Made by a program: the position numbers and the translations under genes | Part shown: piece after piece, positions 24,965 to 39,198 of the stretch | Layout of the letters: each line of letters begins with the position of its first letter | How positions within the stretch are numbered: position 1 is the stretch's first letter | Source of the DNA: the human T2T-CHM13v2.0 reference genome, Homo sapiens | Length of the DNA stretch: 64,000 bases | Reading direction: 5' to 3' (one strand) | Assembly (NCBI RefSeq): GCF_009914755.1 | Contig: NC_060948.1 | Notes under the pieces: model-generated | What the model saw: only the letters and a program-made list of their open reading frames with translations | Told to the model about the DNA's origin: nothing | Database searches by the model: none

Positions 24965-27900
24965 GCAATGGAATCTAATGAAACGGAAAGGAAAGGAATG
25001 GAATGGAATGGAAAGGGCTGGAATGGAAAGGAATCGAAACGAATGGAATGGAATCGAACTGAAGAGACTGGAATGGAATGCACTGGAATGGAAGGGAGTG
25101 TAATGGAAGGTTCTCGAAAAAAATGGAATGGAATGGAATGGAATTGAATGGAACGGAATAGAGTCGAATGGAATTGAATGGAATGGAATGGACTAGAGTG
25201 AAATGGAATCGAACCACAAGGAATGGACAGGAATAGAATGGTCTCGAATTGAATGGAATCGTATGGAATGGCATCAAACGGAATGGAATGGACAGCCACG
25301 GAATGGAATGCACTCGAATGCAATGGAGTCGAAACTAATGGACTGGAATAGAATGGACTCGACTGGTACGGACTCCAATGGAATGGAATCGAATGGAAGG
25401 GAATCGAACGGAATGGACTCGAAGGGAAAAGACTGCAATGGAAAGGTCTCGAATGGAATGGAAATTAATGGAATGGAATGGAATCGAATGAAATGGAGTC
25501 AAAAGGAATGGAATCGAATGGCAAGAAATCGAATGTAATGGAATCGCAAGGAATTGATGTGAACGGAACGGAATGGAATGGAATCCAAAGGAATGGAATA
25601 GAATGGAATGGAATCGAATGGAAAGGACTCGAATGGAAATCACTCGAATAGAATGCAATTTAATAAAATAGGATCAAATGTAATGGAATGGAATGGAAAG
25701 ATATCGAAACGAAAGGAATGGAGACAGATGGAATGGAATGGAACAGAGAGCAATGGTATAGAATGGAATGGAATCATCTGGAATGGAATTGAATGGAATG
25801 GAATAATATGAAATGGAATGGAATGGAATGGAATGGAATGGAATGGAATGCCCTTGAATTAAATGGACTGGAATGGAATGGACTCGAACAGAGTGGAATG
25901 GAAAGTGTTGAGATAGAATGGAATGGACTCCTTTGGAATGGTGTAGTATGCAATGCAATCGACTGGCAGGGAATCAAAAGGAATGTAATCGAATGGATTG
26001 GACTGGAATGCAGTGGACTCGAATAGATTGGAAACGGAATGCAAAGGAATGGAATGGAATAGTATGGAATGGAATGGAAAGGAATGGAGTGGAATAGACT
26101 AGAGTGGAATGGAATGGACTGGAAAGCAATGGACTGGAATGGAACTTTCTTGAATGGACTGGAATCAAACGGAATGGAATGCAATGCAATCAAATGGCAT
26201 GGAATAAAATAGAATGAAAGAGAATCAAATGGAATTGAATCGAATGGAATCGAATGGATTGGAAAGGAATAGAATGGAATGGAATGGAATTGACTCAAAT
26301 GGAATGGACTAGAATGGAATGGATTCGAATGGAAGGCAAAGGAATGGAATCTATTGGAATGGACTGTAATGGAATGGAATGGAAGGGATTGGAATGGACT
26401 CGAATGGAATGGACTGCAATAGAAAGGATTCGAATGGAATGAAAAAGAATTGAATGGAATAGAACAGAATGGAATCAAATCGAATGAAATGGAATGGAAT
26501 AGAAAGGAATGGAATGAAATGGAATGGAAAGGATTCGAATGGAATGCAATCGAATGGAATGGAATCGAACGGAATGGAATAAAATGGAAGAAAACTGGCA
26601 AGAAATGGAATCGAAATGAATGGAGTGTTATGGAACGGACTCAAAAGGAATTGAATGTAATAGAATGGAGTGGAGTGGACTCGAATATAATGGACTGGAA
26701 TGGAATGAAATCACATGGAATGGGAACGAATGGAATGGAATGGAAAGGAATGGAATCGAATGGAAAGGAATCGAATGGAAGGGAATGAAATTGAATCAAC
26801 AGGAATGGAAGGGAATAGAATAGACGGTAATGGAATGGACTCGAATAGAATGGACACGAATGCTCAAATTGAATGGACTCCAATGGAATGGAAACGAAAG
26901 GAATGTCATCGAATAGAATTGAATCGATTGGAATGAAATCGCAAGAATGGAGTGGAATCAAATGGAATTGAATCGAAAGGAAAGGAAGCGAATGGACTGA
27001 AATGAAATGGAATGGAATTGAATGGAAAGTAATGCAATGGAATAGAATGGAACGAAATTTCACGGAATGGAATCAAACTGAAAGGAATCAAATCAATGGA
27101 ATCTAATCAAATGGAATGGAAGGGAATTGAATGGAGTAGATTGGATTGGATGGGATTGGAGTGAAATGTACTGGAAAGGACTCGAATTTCATGAAACGGA
27201 ATGGAATGAATTGGAACGGAATGGACTCGAATGGAATGGAATGTCATGGAATGGCATCAAATGGAATGGCATCAAATGGAATGGAATCGAATGCAATGGA
27301 ATGCTATGGAATGGAATGGAATGCATTGGAATGGAATGTCCTCTAATGGAATGGATTCGAGTGGAATGGAATCGAATATAATGGAGTCGAATGAAATGGA
27401 ATTGAAAGGAATGGCATCGAATACAATGGAATATGCTGGAATGTAATGTAATGAACTCGAATGTAATTGACTGGAATGGAATGTACATGAATGGAATGTA
27501 ATCGAATGGAAAGTAATCCAATGGAATAGAATCTAATGCAATAAAATCGACTCAGATAGAGTAGAATGTAATGGAATGGAGTGCAGTACAATGGAATGGA
27601 ATGGAATGCAATGGAATGGAATGGAATGGAATGGAATGGGATGGAATGGGATGGAATGGTATGGAATGGATAGTAATGGACTGGAGTGAAATGGACTGGA
27701 AAGGAATGGACTCAAATTGAAAGGGCTCGAAAGGAATGGAGTCAAATGGAATGGTCTGGAATGGAATGAACACGAATGTAATGCAATCCAATAGAATGGA
27801 ATCGAATGGCATGGAATATAAAGAAATGGAATCGAAGAGAATGGAAACAAATGGAATGGAATTGAATGGAATGGAATTGAATGGAATGGGAACGAATGGA

Positions 27901-28527
27901 GTGAAATTGTATGCAGTAGAAGGGAATAGAATGGAATGCAAGCGAAAGGAAAGGAATGGATTGGAATGGAATGGAATTCATTGGACTGGAAGGGAATGTA
28001 GTGTAATGGACAGGCCTGGAATTAAGTGGAATGCTACTGTCTCGAATGGAATAAAAATGTATGGAATGGAATGCAATGAAACGGAATCGAATGTCATAGA
28101 ATGTAATGGAATGCAAAAAAATGGAATCCAAAATCATTGACTGGAAAGGCTGGGTGTCAAAAGGAATTGACTCCAATGGAATGGAATCGAATGGAATGGA
28201 AGTGAATAGAATCGAACTAAATCGAATGGAATGGAATTGATAGGAACGGAATGGAAAGGAATGCAATGAATTGGCATGGAATGGAATCGAATGGCATCGA
28301 ATGGAATGGAATGGAATGCAATGGAATGGAATGTATTAGAATGTAATGAACTTTAATGGAATGTACTCGAATGGATTCGACTGGAATGGAATGTTCTGGA
28401 AGTGAATGGACTCCAATGGAATGGATTCAAAAGGAATGGAATCGTACGGAATGGAATCTAATGGAATGGAATTAAATGGAAATGAATCAAATTGAATAGC
28501 ACGGAATTGAATTGAATGGAATGGAAT
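24965..28527 (+). repeat. DYZ1 unit 8 (3563 bp; 1-bp-deletion haplotype, mosaic)
   Basis: GCAAGAAT at 26941, but with the CTCCTTTGG/GGTGTAG patch at 25921-25945. Confidence 0.9.
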
Positions 28528-31500
28528 GCAATGGAATCTAATGAAACGGAAAGGAAAGGAATGGAATGGAATGGAATGGGCTGGAATGGAAAGGAATCGA
28601 AACGAATGGAATGGAATCGAACTGAAGAGACTGGAATGGAATGCACTGGAATGGAAGAGAGTGTAATGGAAGGTTCTCGAAAAAAATGGAATCGAATGGA
28701 ATGGAATTGAATGGAACGGAATAGAGTCGAATGGAATTGAATGGAATGGAATGGACTAGAGTGAAATGGAATCGAACCACAAGGAATGGACAGGAATAGA
28801 ATGGTCTCGAATTGAATGGAATCGTATGGAATGGCATCAAACGGAATGGAATGGACAGCCACGGAATGGAATGCACTCGAATGCAATGGAGTCGAAACTA
28901 ATGGACTGGAATAGAATGGACTCGACTGGTACGGACTCCAATGGAATGGAATCGAATGGAAGGGAATCAAACGGAATGGACTCGAAGGGAAAAGACTGCA
29001 ATGGAAAGGTCTCGAATGGAATGGAAATTAATGGAATGGAATGGAATCGAATGAAATGGAGTCAAAAGGAATGGAATCGAATGGCAAGAAATCGAATGTA
29101 ATGGAATCGCAAGGAATTGATGTGAACGGAACGGAATGGAATGGAATCCAAAGGAATGGAATAGAATGGAATGGAATCGAATGGAAAGGACTCGAATGGA
29201 AATCACTCGAATAGAATGCAATTTAATAAAATAGGATCAAATGTAATGGAATGGAATGGAAAGGAATCGAAACGAAAGGAATGGAGACAGATGGAATGGA
29301 ATGGAACAGAGAGCAATGGTATAGAATGGAATGGAATCATCTGGAATGGAATTGAATGGAATGGAATAATATGAAATGGAATGGAATGGAATGGAATGGA
29401 ATGGAATGGAATGGAATGGAATGCCCTTGAATTAAATGGACTGGAATGGAATGGACTCGAACAGAGTGGAATGGAAAGTGTTGAGATAGAATGCAATGGA
29501 CTCCTTCGGAATGGTCTAGTATGCAATGCAATCGACTGGCAGGGAATCAAAAGGAATGTAATCGAATGGATTGGACTGGAATGCAGTGGACTCGAATAGA
29601 TTGGAAACGGAATGCAAAGGAATGGAATGGAATAGTATGGAATGGAATGGAAAGGAATGGAGTGGAATAGACTAGAGTGGAATGGAATGGACTGGAAAGC
29701 AATGGACTGGAATGGAACTTTCTTGAATGGACTGGAATCAAACGGAATGGAATGCAATGCAATCAAATGGCATGGAATAAAATAGAATGAAAGAGAATCA
29801 AATGGAATTGAATCGAATGGAATCGAATGGATTGGAAAGGAATAGAATGGAATGGAATGGAATTGACTCAAATGGAATGGACTAGAATGGAATGGATTCG
29901 AATGGAAGGCAAAGGAATGGAATCTATTGGAATGGACTGTAATGGAATGGAATGGAAGGGATTGGAATGGACTCGAATGGAATGGACTGCAATAGAAAGG
30001 ATTCGAATGGAATGAAAAAGAATTGAACGGAATAGAACAGAATGGAATCAAATCGAATGAAATGGAATGGAATAGAAAGGAATGGAATGAAATGGAATGG
30101 AAAGGATTCGAATGGAATGCAATCGAATGGAATGGAATCGAACGGAATGGAATAAAATGGAAGAAAACTGGCAAGAAATGGAATCGAAATGAATGGAGTG
30201 TTATGGAACGGACTCAAAAGGAATTGAATGTAATAGAATGGAGTGGAGTGGACTCGAATATAATGGACTGGAATGGAATGAAATCACATGGAATGGGAAC
30301 GAATGGAATGGAATGGAAAGGAATGGAATCGAATGGAAAGGAATCGAATGGAAGGGAATGAAATTGAATCAACAGGAATAGAAGGGAATAGAATAGACGG
30401 TAATGGAATGGACTCGAATAGAATGGACACGAATGCTCAAATTGAATGGACTCCAATGGAATGGAAACGAAAGGAATGTCATCGAATAGAATTGAATCGA
30501 TTGGAATGAAATCGCAAGAATGGAGTGGAATCAAATGGAATTGAATCGAAAGGAAAGGAAGCGAATGGACTGAAATGAAATGGAATGGAATTGAATGGAA
30601 AGTAATGCAATGGAATAGAATGGAACGAAATTTCACGGAATGGAATCAAACTGAAAGGAATCAAATCAATGGAATCTAATCAAATGGAATGGAAAGGAAT
30701 TGAATGGAGTAGATTGGATTGGATGGGATTCTAGTGAAATGTACTGGAAAGGACTCGAATTTCATGAAACGGAATGGAATGAATTGGAACGGAATGGACT
30801 CGAATGGAATGGAATGTCATGGAATGGCATCAAATGGAATGGCATCAAATGGAATGGAATCGAATGCAATGGAATGCTATGGAATGGAATGGAATGCATT
30901 GGAATGGAATGTCCTCTAATGGAATGGATTCGAGTGGAATGGAATCAAATATAATGGAGTCGAATGAAATGGAATTGAAAGGAATGGGATCGAATGCAAT
31001 GGAATATACTGGAATGTAATGTAATGAACTCGAATGTAATTGACTGGAATGGAATGTACATGAATGGAATGTAATCGAATGGAAAGTAATCCAATGGAAT
31101 AGAATCTAATGCAATAAAATCGACTCAGATAGAGTAGAATGTAATGGAATGGAGTGCAGTACAATGGAATGGAATGGAATGCAATGGAATGGAATGGAAT
31201 GGAATGGAATGGAATGGAATGGAATGGGATGGAATGGGATGGAATGGATAGTAATGGACTGGAGTGAAATGGACTGGAAAGGAATGGACTCAAATTGAAA
31301 GGGCTCGAAAGGAATGGAGTCAAATGGAATGGTCTGGAATGGAATGAACACGAATGTAATGCAATCCAATAGAATGGAATCGAATGGCATGGAATATAAA
31401 GAAATGGAATCGAAGAGAATGGAAACAAATGGAATGGAATTGAATGGAATGGAATTGAATGGAATGGGAACGAATGGAGTGAAATTGTATGCAGTAGAAG

Positions 31501-32105
31501 GGAATAGAATGGAATGCAAGCGAAAGGAAAGGAATGGATTGGAATGGAATGGAATTCATTGGAATGGAAGGGAATGTAGTGAAATGGACAGGCCTGGAAT
31601 AAAGTGGAATGCTACGGTCTCGAATGGAATAAAAATGTATGGAATGGAATGCAATGAAACGGAATCGAATGTCATAGAATGTAATGGAATGCAACAAAAT
31701 GGAATCCAAAATCATTGACTGGAAAGGCTGGGTGTCGAAAGGAATTGACTCCAATGGAATGGAATCGAATGGAATGGAAGTGAATAGAATCGAACTAAAT
31801 CGAATGGAATGGAATTGATAGGAACGGAATGGAAAGGAATGCAATGATTTGGCATGGAATGGAATCGAATGGCATCGAATGGAATGGAATGGAATGCAAT
31901 GGAATGGAATGTATTAGAATGTAATGAACTTTAATGGAATGTACTCGAATGGATTCGACTGGAATGGAATGTTCTGGAAGTGAATGGACTCCAATGGAAT
32001 GGATTCCAAAGGAATGGAATCGTACGGAATGGAATCTAATGGAATGGAATTAAATGGAAATGAATCAAATTGAATAGCACGGAATTGAATTGAATGGAAT
32101 GGAAT
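28528..32105 (+). repeat. DYZ1 unit 9 (3578 bp; 1-bp-deletion haplotype)
   Basis: GCAAGAAT at ~30514; 9-copy GGAAT tract at 29378-29422. Confidence 0.9.
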
Positions 32106-35100
32106 GCAATGGAATCTAATGAAACGGAAAGGAAAGGAATGGAATGGAATGGAATGGACTGGAATGGAAAGGAATCGAAACGAATGGAATGGAATCGAAC
32201 TGAAGAGACTGGAATGGAATGCACTGGAATGGAAGGGAGTGTAATGGAAGGTTCTCGAAAAAAATGGAATCGAATGGAATGGAATTGAATGGAACGGAAT
32301 AGAGTCGAATGGAATTGAATGGAATGGAATGGACTAGAGTGAAATGGAATCGAACCACAAGGAATGGACAGGAATAGAATGGTCTCGAATTGAATGGAAT
32401 CGTATGGAATGGCATCAAACGGAATGGAATGGACAGCCACGGAATGGAATGCACTCGAATGCAATGGAGTCGAAACTAATGGACTGGAATAGAATGGACT
32501 CGAATGGTACGGACTCCAATGGAATGGAATCGAATGGAAGGGAATCGAACGGAATGGACTCGAAGGGAAAAGACTGCAATGGAAAGGTCTCGAATGGAAT
32601 GGAAATTAATGGAATGGAATGGAATCGAATGAAAAGGAGTCAAAAGGAATGGAATCGAATGGCAAGAAATCGAATGTAATGGAATCGCAAGGAATTGATG
32701 TGAACGGAACGGAATGGAATGGAATCCAAAGGAATGGAATAGAATGGAATGGAATCGAATGGAAAGGACTCGAATGGAAATCACTCGAATAGAATGCAAT
32801 TTAATAAAATAGGATCAAATGTAATGGAATGGAATGGAAAGGAATCGAAACGAAAGGAATGGAGACAGATGGAATGGAATGGAACAGAGAGCAATGGTAT
32901 AGAATGGAATGGAATCATCTGGAATGGAATTGAATGGAATGGAATAATATGAAATGGAATGGAATGGAATGGAATGGAATGCCCTTGAATTAAATGGACT
33001 GGAATGGAATGGACTCGAACAGAGTGGAATGGAAAGTGTTGAGATAGAATGGAATGGACTCCTTTGGAATGGTGTAGTATGCAATGCAATCGACTGGCAG
33101 GGAATCAAAAGGAATGTAATGGAATGGATTGGACTGGAATGCAATGGACTCGAATAGATTGGAAACGGAATGCAAAGGAATGGAATGGAATAGTATGGAA
33201 TGGAATGGAAAGGAATGGAGTGGAATAGACTAGAGTGGAATGGAATGGACTGGAAAGCCATGGACTGGAATGGAACTTTCTTGAATGGACTGGAATCAAA
33301 CGGAATGGAATGCAATGCAATCAAATGGCATGGAATAAAATAGAATGAAAGAGAATCAAATGGAATTGAATCGAATGGAATCGAATGGATTGGAAAGGAA
33401 TAGAATGGAATGGAATGGAATGGACTAGAATGGAATGGATTCGAATGGAAGGCAAAGGAATGGAATCTATTGGAATGGACTGTAATGGAATGGAATGGAA
33501 GGGATTGGAATGGACTCGAATGGAATGGACTGCAATAGAAAGGATTCGAATGGAATGAAAAAGAATTGAATGGAATAGAACAGAATGGAATCAAATCGAA
33601 TGAAATGGAATGGAATAGAAAGGAATGGAATGAAATGGAATGGAAAGGATTCGAATGGAATGCAATCGAATGGAATGGAATCGAACGGAATGGAATAAAA
33701 TGGAAGAAAACTGGCAAGAAATGGAATCGAAATGAATGGAGTGTTATGGAACGGACTCAAAAGGAATTGAATGTAATAGAATGGAGTGGAGTGGACTCGA
33801 ATATAATGGACTGGAATGGAATGAAATCACATGGAATGGGAACGAATGGAATGGAATGGAAAGGAATGGAATCGAATGGAAAGGAATCGAATGGAAGGGA
33901 ATGAAATTGAATCAACAGGAATGGAAGGGAATAGAATAGACGGTAATGGAATGGACTCGAATAGAATGGACACGAATGCTGAAATTGAATGGACTCGAGT
34001 GGAATGGAAACGAAAGGAATGTCATCGAATGGAATTGAATCGATTGGAATGAAATCGCATAGAATGGAGTGGAATCAAATGGAATTGAATCGAAAGGAAA
34101 GGAAGCGAATGGACTGAAATGAAATGGAATGGAATTGAATGGAAAGTAATGCAATGGAATAGAATGGAACGAAATTTCACGGAATGGAATCAAACTGAAT
34201 GGAATCAAATCAATGGAATCAAATCAAATGGAATGGAAAGGAATTGAATGGAGTAGATTGGATTGGATGGGATTGGAATGAAATGTACTGGAAAGGACTC
34301 GAATTTCATGAAACGGAATGGAATGAATTGGAACGGAATGGACTCGAATGGAATGGAATGTCATGGAATGGCATCAAATGGAATGGCATCAAATGGAATG
34401 GAATCGAATGCAATGGAATGCTATGGAATGGAATGGAATGCATTGGAATGGAATGTCCTCTAATGGAATGGATTCGAGTGGAATGGAATCGAATATAATG
34501 GAGTCGAATGAAATGGAATTGAAAGCAGTGGGATCGAATACAATGGAATATACTGGAATGTAATGTAATGAACTCGAATGTAATTGACTGGAATGGAATG
34601 TACATGAATGGAATGTAATCGAATGGAAAGTAATCCAATGGAATAGAATCTAATGCAATAAAACCGACTCAGATAGAGTAGAATGTAATGGAATGGAGTG
34701 CAGTGCAATGGAATGGAATGGAATGGAATGCAATGGAATGGAATGGAATGGAATGGAATGGAATGGAATGGAATGGAATGGGATGGAATGGGATGGAATG
34801 GATAGTAATGGACTGGAGTGAAATGGACTGGAAAGGAATGGACTCAAATTGAAAGGGCTGGAAAGGAATGGAGTCAAATGGAATGGTCTGGAATGGAATG
34901 AACACGAATGTAATGCAATCCAATAGAATGGAATCGAATGGCATGGAATATAAAGAAATGGAATCGAAGAGAATGGAAACAAATGGAATGGAATTGAATG
35001 GAATGGAATTGAATGGAATGGGAACGAATGGAGTGAAATTGTATGCAGTAGAAGGGAATAGAATGGAATGCAAGCGAAAGGAAAGGAATGGATTGGAATG

Positions 35101-35659
35101 GAATGGAATTCATTGGAATGGAAGGGAATGTAGTGTAATGGACAGGCCTGGAATAAAGTGGAATGCTACGGTCTCGAATGGAATAAAAATGTATGGAATG
35201 GAATGCAAAGAAACGGAGTCGAATGTCATAGAATGTAATGGAATGCAAAAAAATGGAATCCAAAATCATTGACTGGAAAGGCTGGGTGTCGAAAGGAATT
35301 GACTCCAATGGAATGGAATCGAATGGAATGGAAGTGAATAGAATCGAACTAAATCGAATGGAATGGAATTGATAGGAACGGAATGGAAAGGAATGCAATG
35401 ATTTGGCATGGAATGGAATCGAATGGCATCGAATGGAATGGAATGGAATGCAATGGAATGGAATGTATTAGAATGTAATGAACTTTAATGGAATGTACTC
35501 GAATGGATTCGACTGGAATGGAATGTTCTGGAAGTGAATGGACTCCAATGGAATGGATTCCAAAGGAATGGAATCGTACGGAATGGAATCTAATGGAATG
35601 GAATTAAATGGAAATGAATCAAATTGAATAGCACGGAATTGAATTGAATGGAATGGAAT
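32106..35659 (+). repeat. DYZ1 unit 10 (3554 bp; 15-bp deletion)
   Basis: Lacks TGACTCAAATGGAAT at ~33420; GCTGAAAT at ~33980. Confidence 0.9.
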
Positions 35660-38600
35660 GCAATGGAATCTAATGAAACGGAAAGGAAAGGAATGGAATG
35701 GAATGGAATGGGCTGGAATGGAAAGGAATCGAAACGAATGGAATGGAATCGAACTGAAGAGACTGGAATGGAATGCACTGGAATGGAAGGGAGTGTAATG
35801 GAAGGTTCTCGAAAAAAATGGAATCGAATGGAATGGAATTGAATGGAACGGAATAGAGTCGAATGGAATTGAATGGAATGGAATGGACTAGAGTGAAATG
35901 GAATCGAACCACAAGGAATGGACAGGAATAGAATGGTCTCGAATTGAATGGAATCGTATGGAATGGCATCAAACGGAATGGAATGGACAGCCACGGAATG
36001 GAATGCACTCGAATGCAATGGAGTCGAAACTAATGGACTGGAATAGAATGGACTCGACTGGTACGGACTCCAATGGAATGGAATCGAATGGAAGGGAATC
36101 GAACGGAATGGACTCGAAGGGAAAAGACTGCAATGGAAAGGTCTCGAATGGAATGGAAATTAATGGAATGGAATGGAATCGAATGAAATGGAGTCAAAAG
36201 GAATGGAATCGAATGGCAAGAAATCGAATGTAATGGAATCGCAAGGAATTGATGTGAACGGAACGGAATGGAATGGAATCCAAAGGAATGGAATAGAATG
36301 GAATGGAATCGAATGGAAAGGACTCGAATGGAAATCACTCGAATAGAATGCAATTTAATAAAATAGGATCAAATGTAATGGAATGGAATGGAAAGGAATC
36401 GAAACGAGAGGAATGGAGACAGATGGAATGGAATGGAACAGAGAGCAATGGTATAGAATGGAATGGAATCATCTGGAATGGAATTGAATGGAATGGAATA
36501 ATATGAAATGGAATGGAATGGAATGGAATGGAATGCCCTTGAATTAAATGGACTGGAATGGAATGGACTCGAACAGAGTGGAATGGAAAGTGTTGAGATA
36601 GAATGGAATGGACTCCTTTGGAATGGTGTAGTATGCAATGCAATCGACTGGCAGGGAATCAAAAGGAATGTAATGGAATGGATTGGACTGGAATGCAATG
36701 GACTCGAATAGATTGGAAACGGAATGCAAAGGAATGGAATGGAATAGTATGGAATGGAATGGAAAGGAATGGAGTGGAATAGACTAGAGTGGAATGGAAT
36801 GGACTGGAAAGCAATGGACTGGAATGGAACTTTCTTGAATGGACTGGAATCAAACGGAATGGAATGCAATGCAATCAAATGGCATGGAATAAAATAGAAT
36901 GAAAGAGAATCAAATGGAATTGAATCGAATGGAATCGAATGGATTGGAAAGGAATAGAATGGAATGGAATGGAATGGACTAGAATGGAATGGATTCGAAT
37001 GGAAGGCAAAGGAATGGAATCTATTGGAATGGACTGTAATGGAATGGAATGGAAGGGATTGGAATGGATTCGAATGGAATGGACTGCAATAGAAAGGATT
37101 CGAATGGAATGAAAAAGAATTGAATGGAATAGAACAGAATGGAATCAAATCGAATGAAATGGAATGGAATAGAAAGGAATGGAATGAAATGGAATGGAAA
37201 GGATTCGAATGGAATGCAATCGAATGGAATGGAATCGAACGGAATGGAATAAAATGGAAGAAAACTGGCAAGAAATGGAATCGAAATGAATGGAGTGTTA
37301 TGGAACGGACTCAAAAGGAATTGAATGTAATAGAATGGAGTGGAGTGGACTCGAATATAATGGACTGGAATGGAATGAAATCACATGGAATGGGAACGAA
37401 TGGAATGGAATGGAAAGGAATGGAATCGAATGGAAAGGAAACGAACGGAAGGGAATGAAATTGAATCAACAGGAATGGAAGGGAATAGAATAGACGGTAA
37501 TGGAATGGACTCGAATAGAATGGACACGAATGCTGAAATCGAATGGACTCGAATGGAATGGAAACGAAAGGAATGTCATCGAATGGAATTGAATCGATTG
37601 GAATGAAATCGCATAGAATGGAGTGGAATCAAATGGAATTGAATCGAAAGGAAAGGAAGCGAATGGACTGAAATGAAATGGAATGGAATTGAATGGAAAG
37701 TAATGCAATGGAATAGAATGGAACAAAATTTCACGGAATGGAATCAAACTGAATGGAATCAAATCAATGGAATCAAATCAAATGGAATGGAAAGGAATTG
37801 AATGGAGTAGATTGGATTGGATGGGATTGGAATGAAATGTACTGGAAAGGACTCGAATTTCATGAAACGGAATGGAATGAATTGGAACGGAATGGACTCG
37901 AATGGAATGGAATGTCATGGAATGGCATCAAATGGAATGGTATCAAATGGAATGGAATCGAATGCAATGGAATGCTATGGAATGGAATGGAATGCATTGG
38001 AATGGAATGTCCTCTAATGGAATGGATTCGAGTGGAATGGAATCGAATATAATGGAGTCGAATGAAATGGAATTGAAAGGAATGGGATCGAATACAATGG
38101 AATATACTGGAATGTAATGTAATGAACTCGAATGTAATTGACTGGAATGGAATGTACATGAATGGAATGTAATCGAATGGAAAGTAATCCAATGGAATAG
38201 AATCTAATGCAATAAAATCGACTCAGATAGAGTAGAATGTAATGGAATGGAGTGTAGTGCAATGGAATGGAATGGAATGGAATGCAATTGAATGGAATGG
38301 AATGGAATGGAATGGAATGGGATGGAATGGTATGGAATGGATAGTAATGGACTGGAGTGAAATGGACTGGAAAGGAATGGACTCAAATTGAAAGGGCTCG
38401 AAAGGAATGGAGTCAAATGGAATGGTCTGGAATGGAATGAACACGAATGTAATGCAATCCGATGGAATGGAATCGAATGGCATGGAATATAAAGAAATGG
38501 AATCGAAGAGAATGGAAACAAATGGAATGGAATTGAATGGAATGGAATTGAATGGAATGCGAACGAATGGAGTGAAATTGTATGCAGTAGAAGGGAATAG

Positions 38601-39198
38601 AATGGAATGCAAGCGAAAGGAAAGGAATGGATTGGAATGGAATGGAATTCATTGGAATGGAAGGGAATGTAGTGTAATGGACAGGCCTGGAATAAAGTGG
38701 AATGCTACGGTCTCGAATGGAATAAAAATGTATGGAATGGAATGCAATGAAACGGAATCGAATGTCATAGAATGTAATGGAATGCAAAAAAATGGAATCC
38801 AAAATCATTGACTGGAAAGGCTGGGTGTCGAAAGGAATTGACTCCAATGGAATGGAATCGAATGGAATGGAAGTGAATAGAATCGAACTAAATCGAATGG
38901 AATGGAATTGATAGGAACGGAATGGAAAGGAATGCAATGATTTGGCATGGAATGGAATCGAATGGCATCGAATGGAATGGAATGGAATGCAATGGAATGG
39001 AATGTATTAGAATGTAATGAACTTTAATGGAATGTACTCGAATGAATTCGACTGGAATGGAATGTTCTGGAAGTGAATGGACTCCAATGGAATGGATTCA
39101 AAAGGAATGGAATCGTACGGAATGGAATCTAATGGAATGGAATTAAATGGAAATGAATCAAATTGAATAGCACGGAATTGAATTGAATGGAATGGAAT
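35660..39198 (+). repeat. DYZ1 unit 11 (3539 bp; 15-bp deletion; shortest unit)
   Basis: Same deletion at ~36975; GCTGAAAT at ~37535; extra EcoRI site at 39044. Confidence 0.9.
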
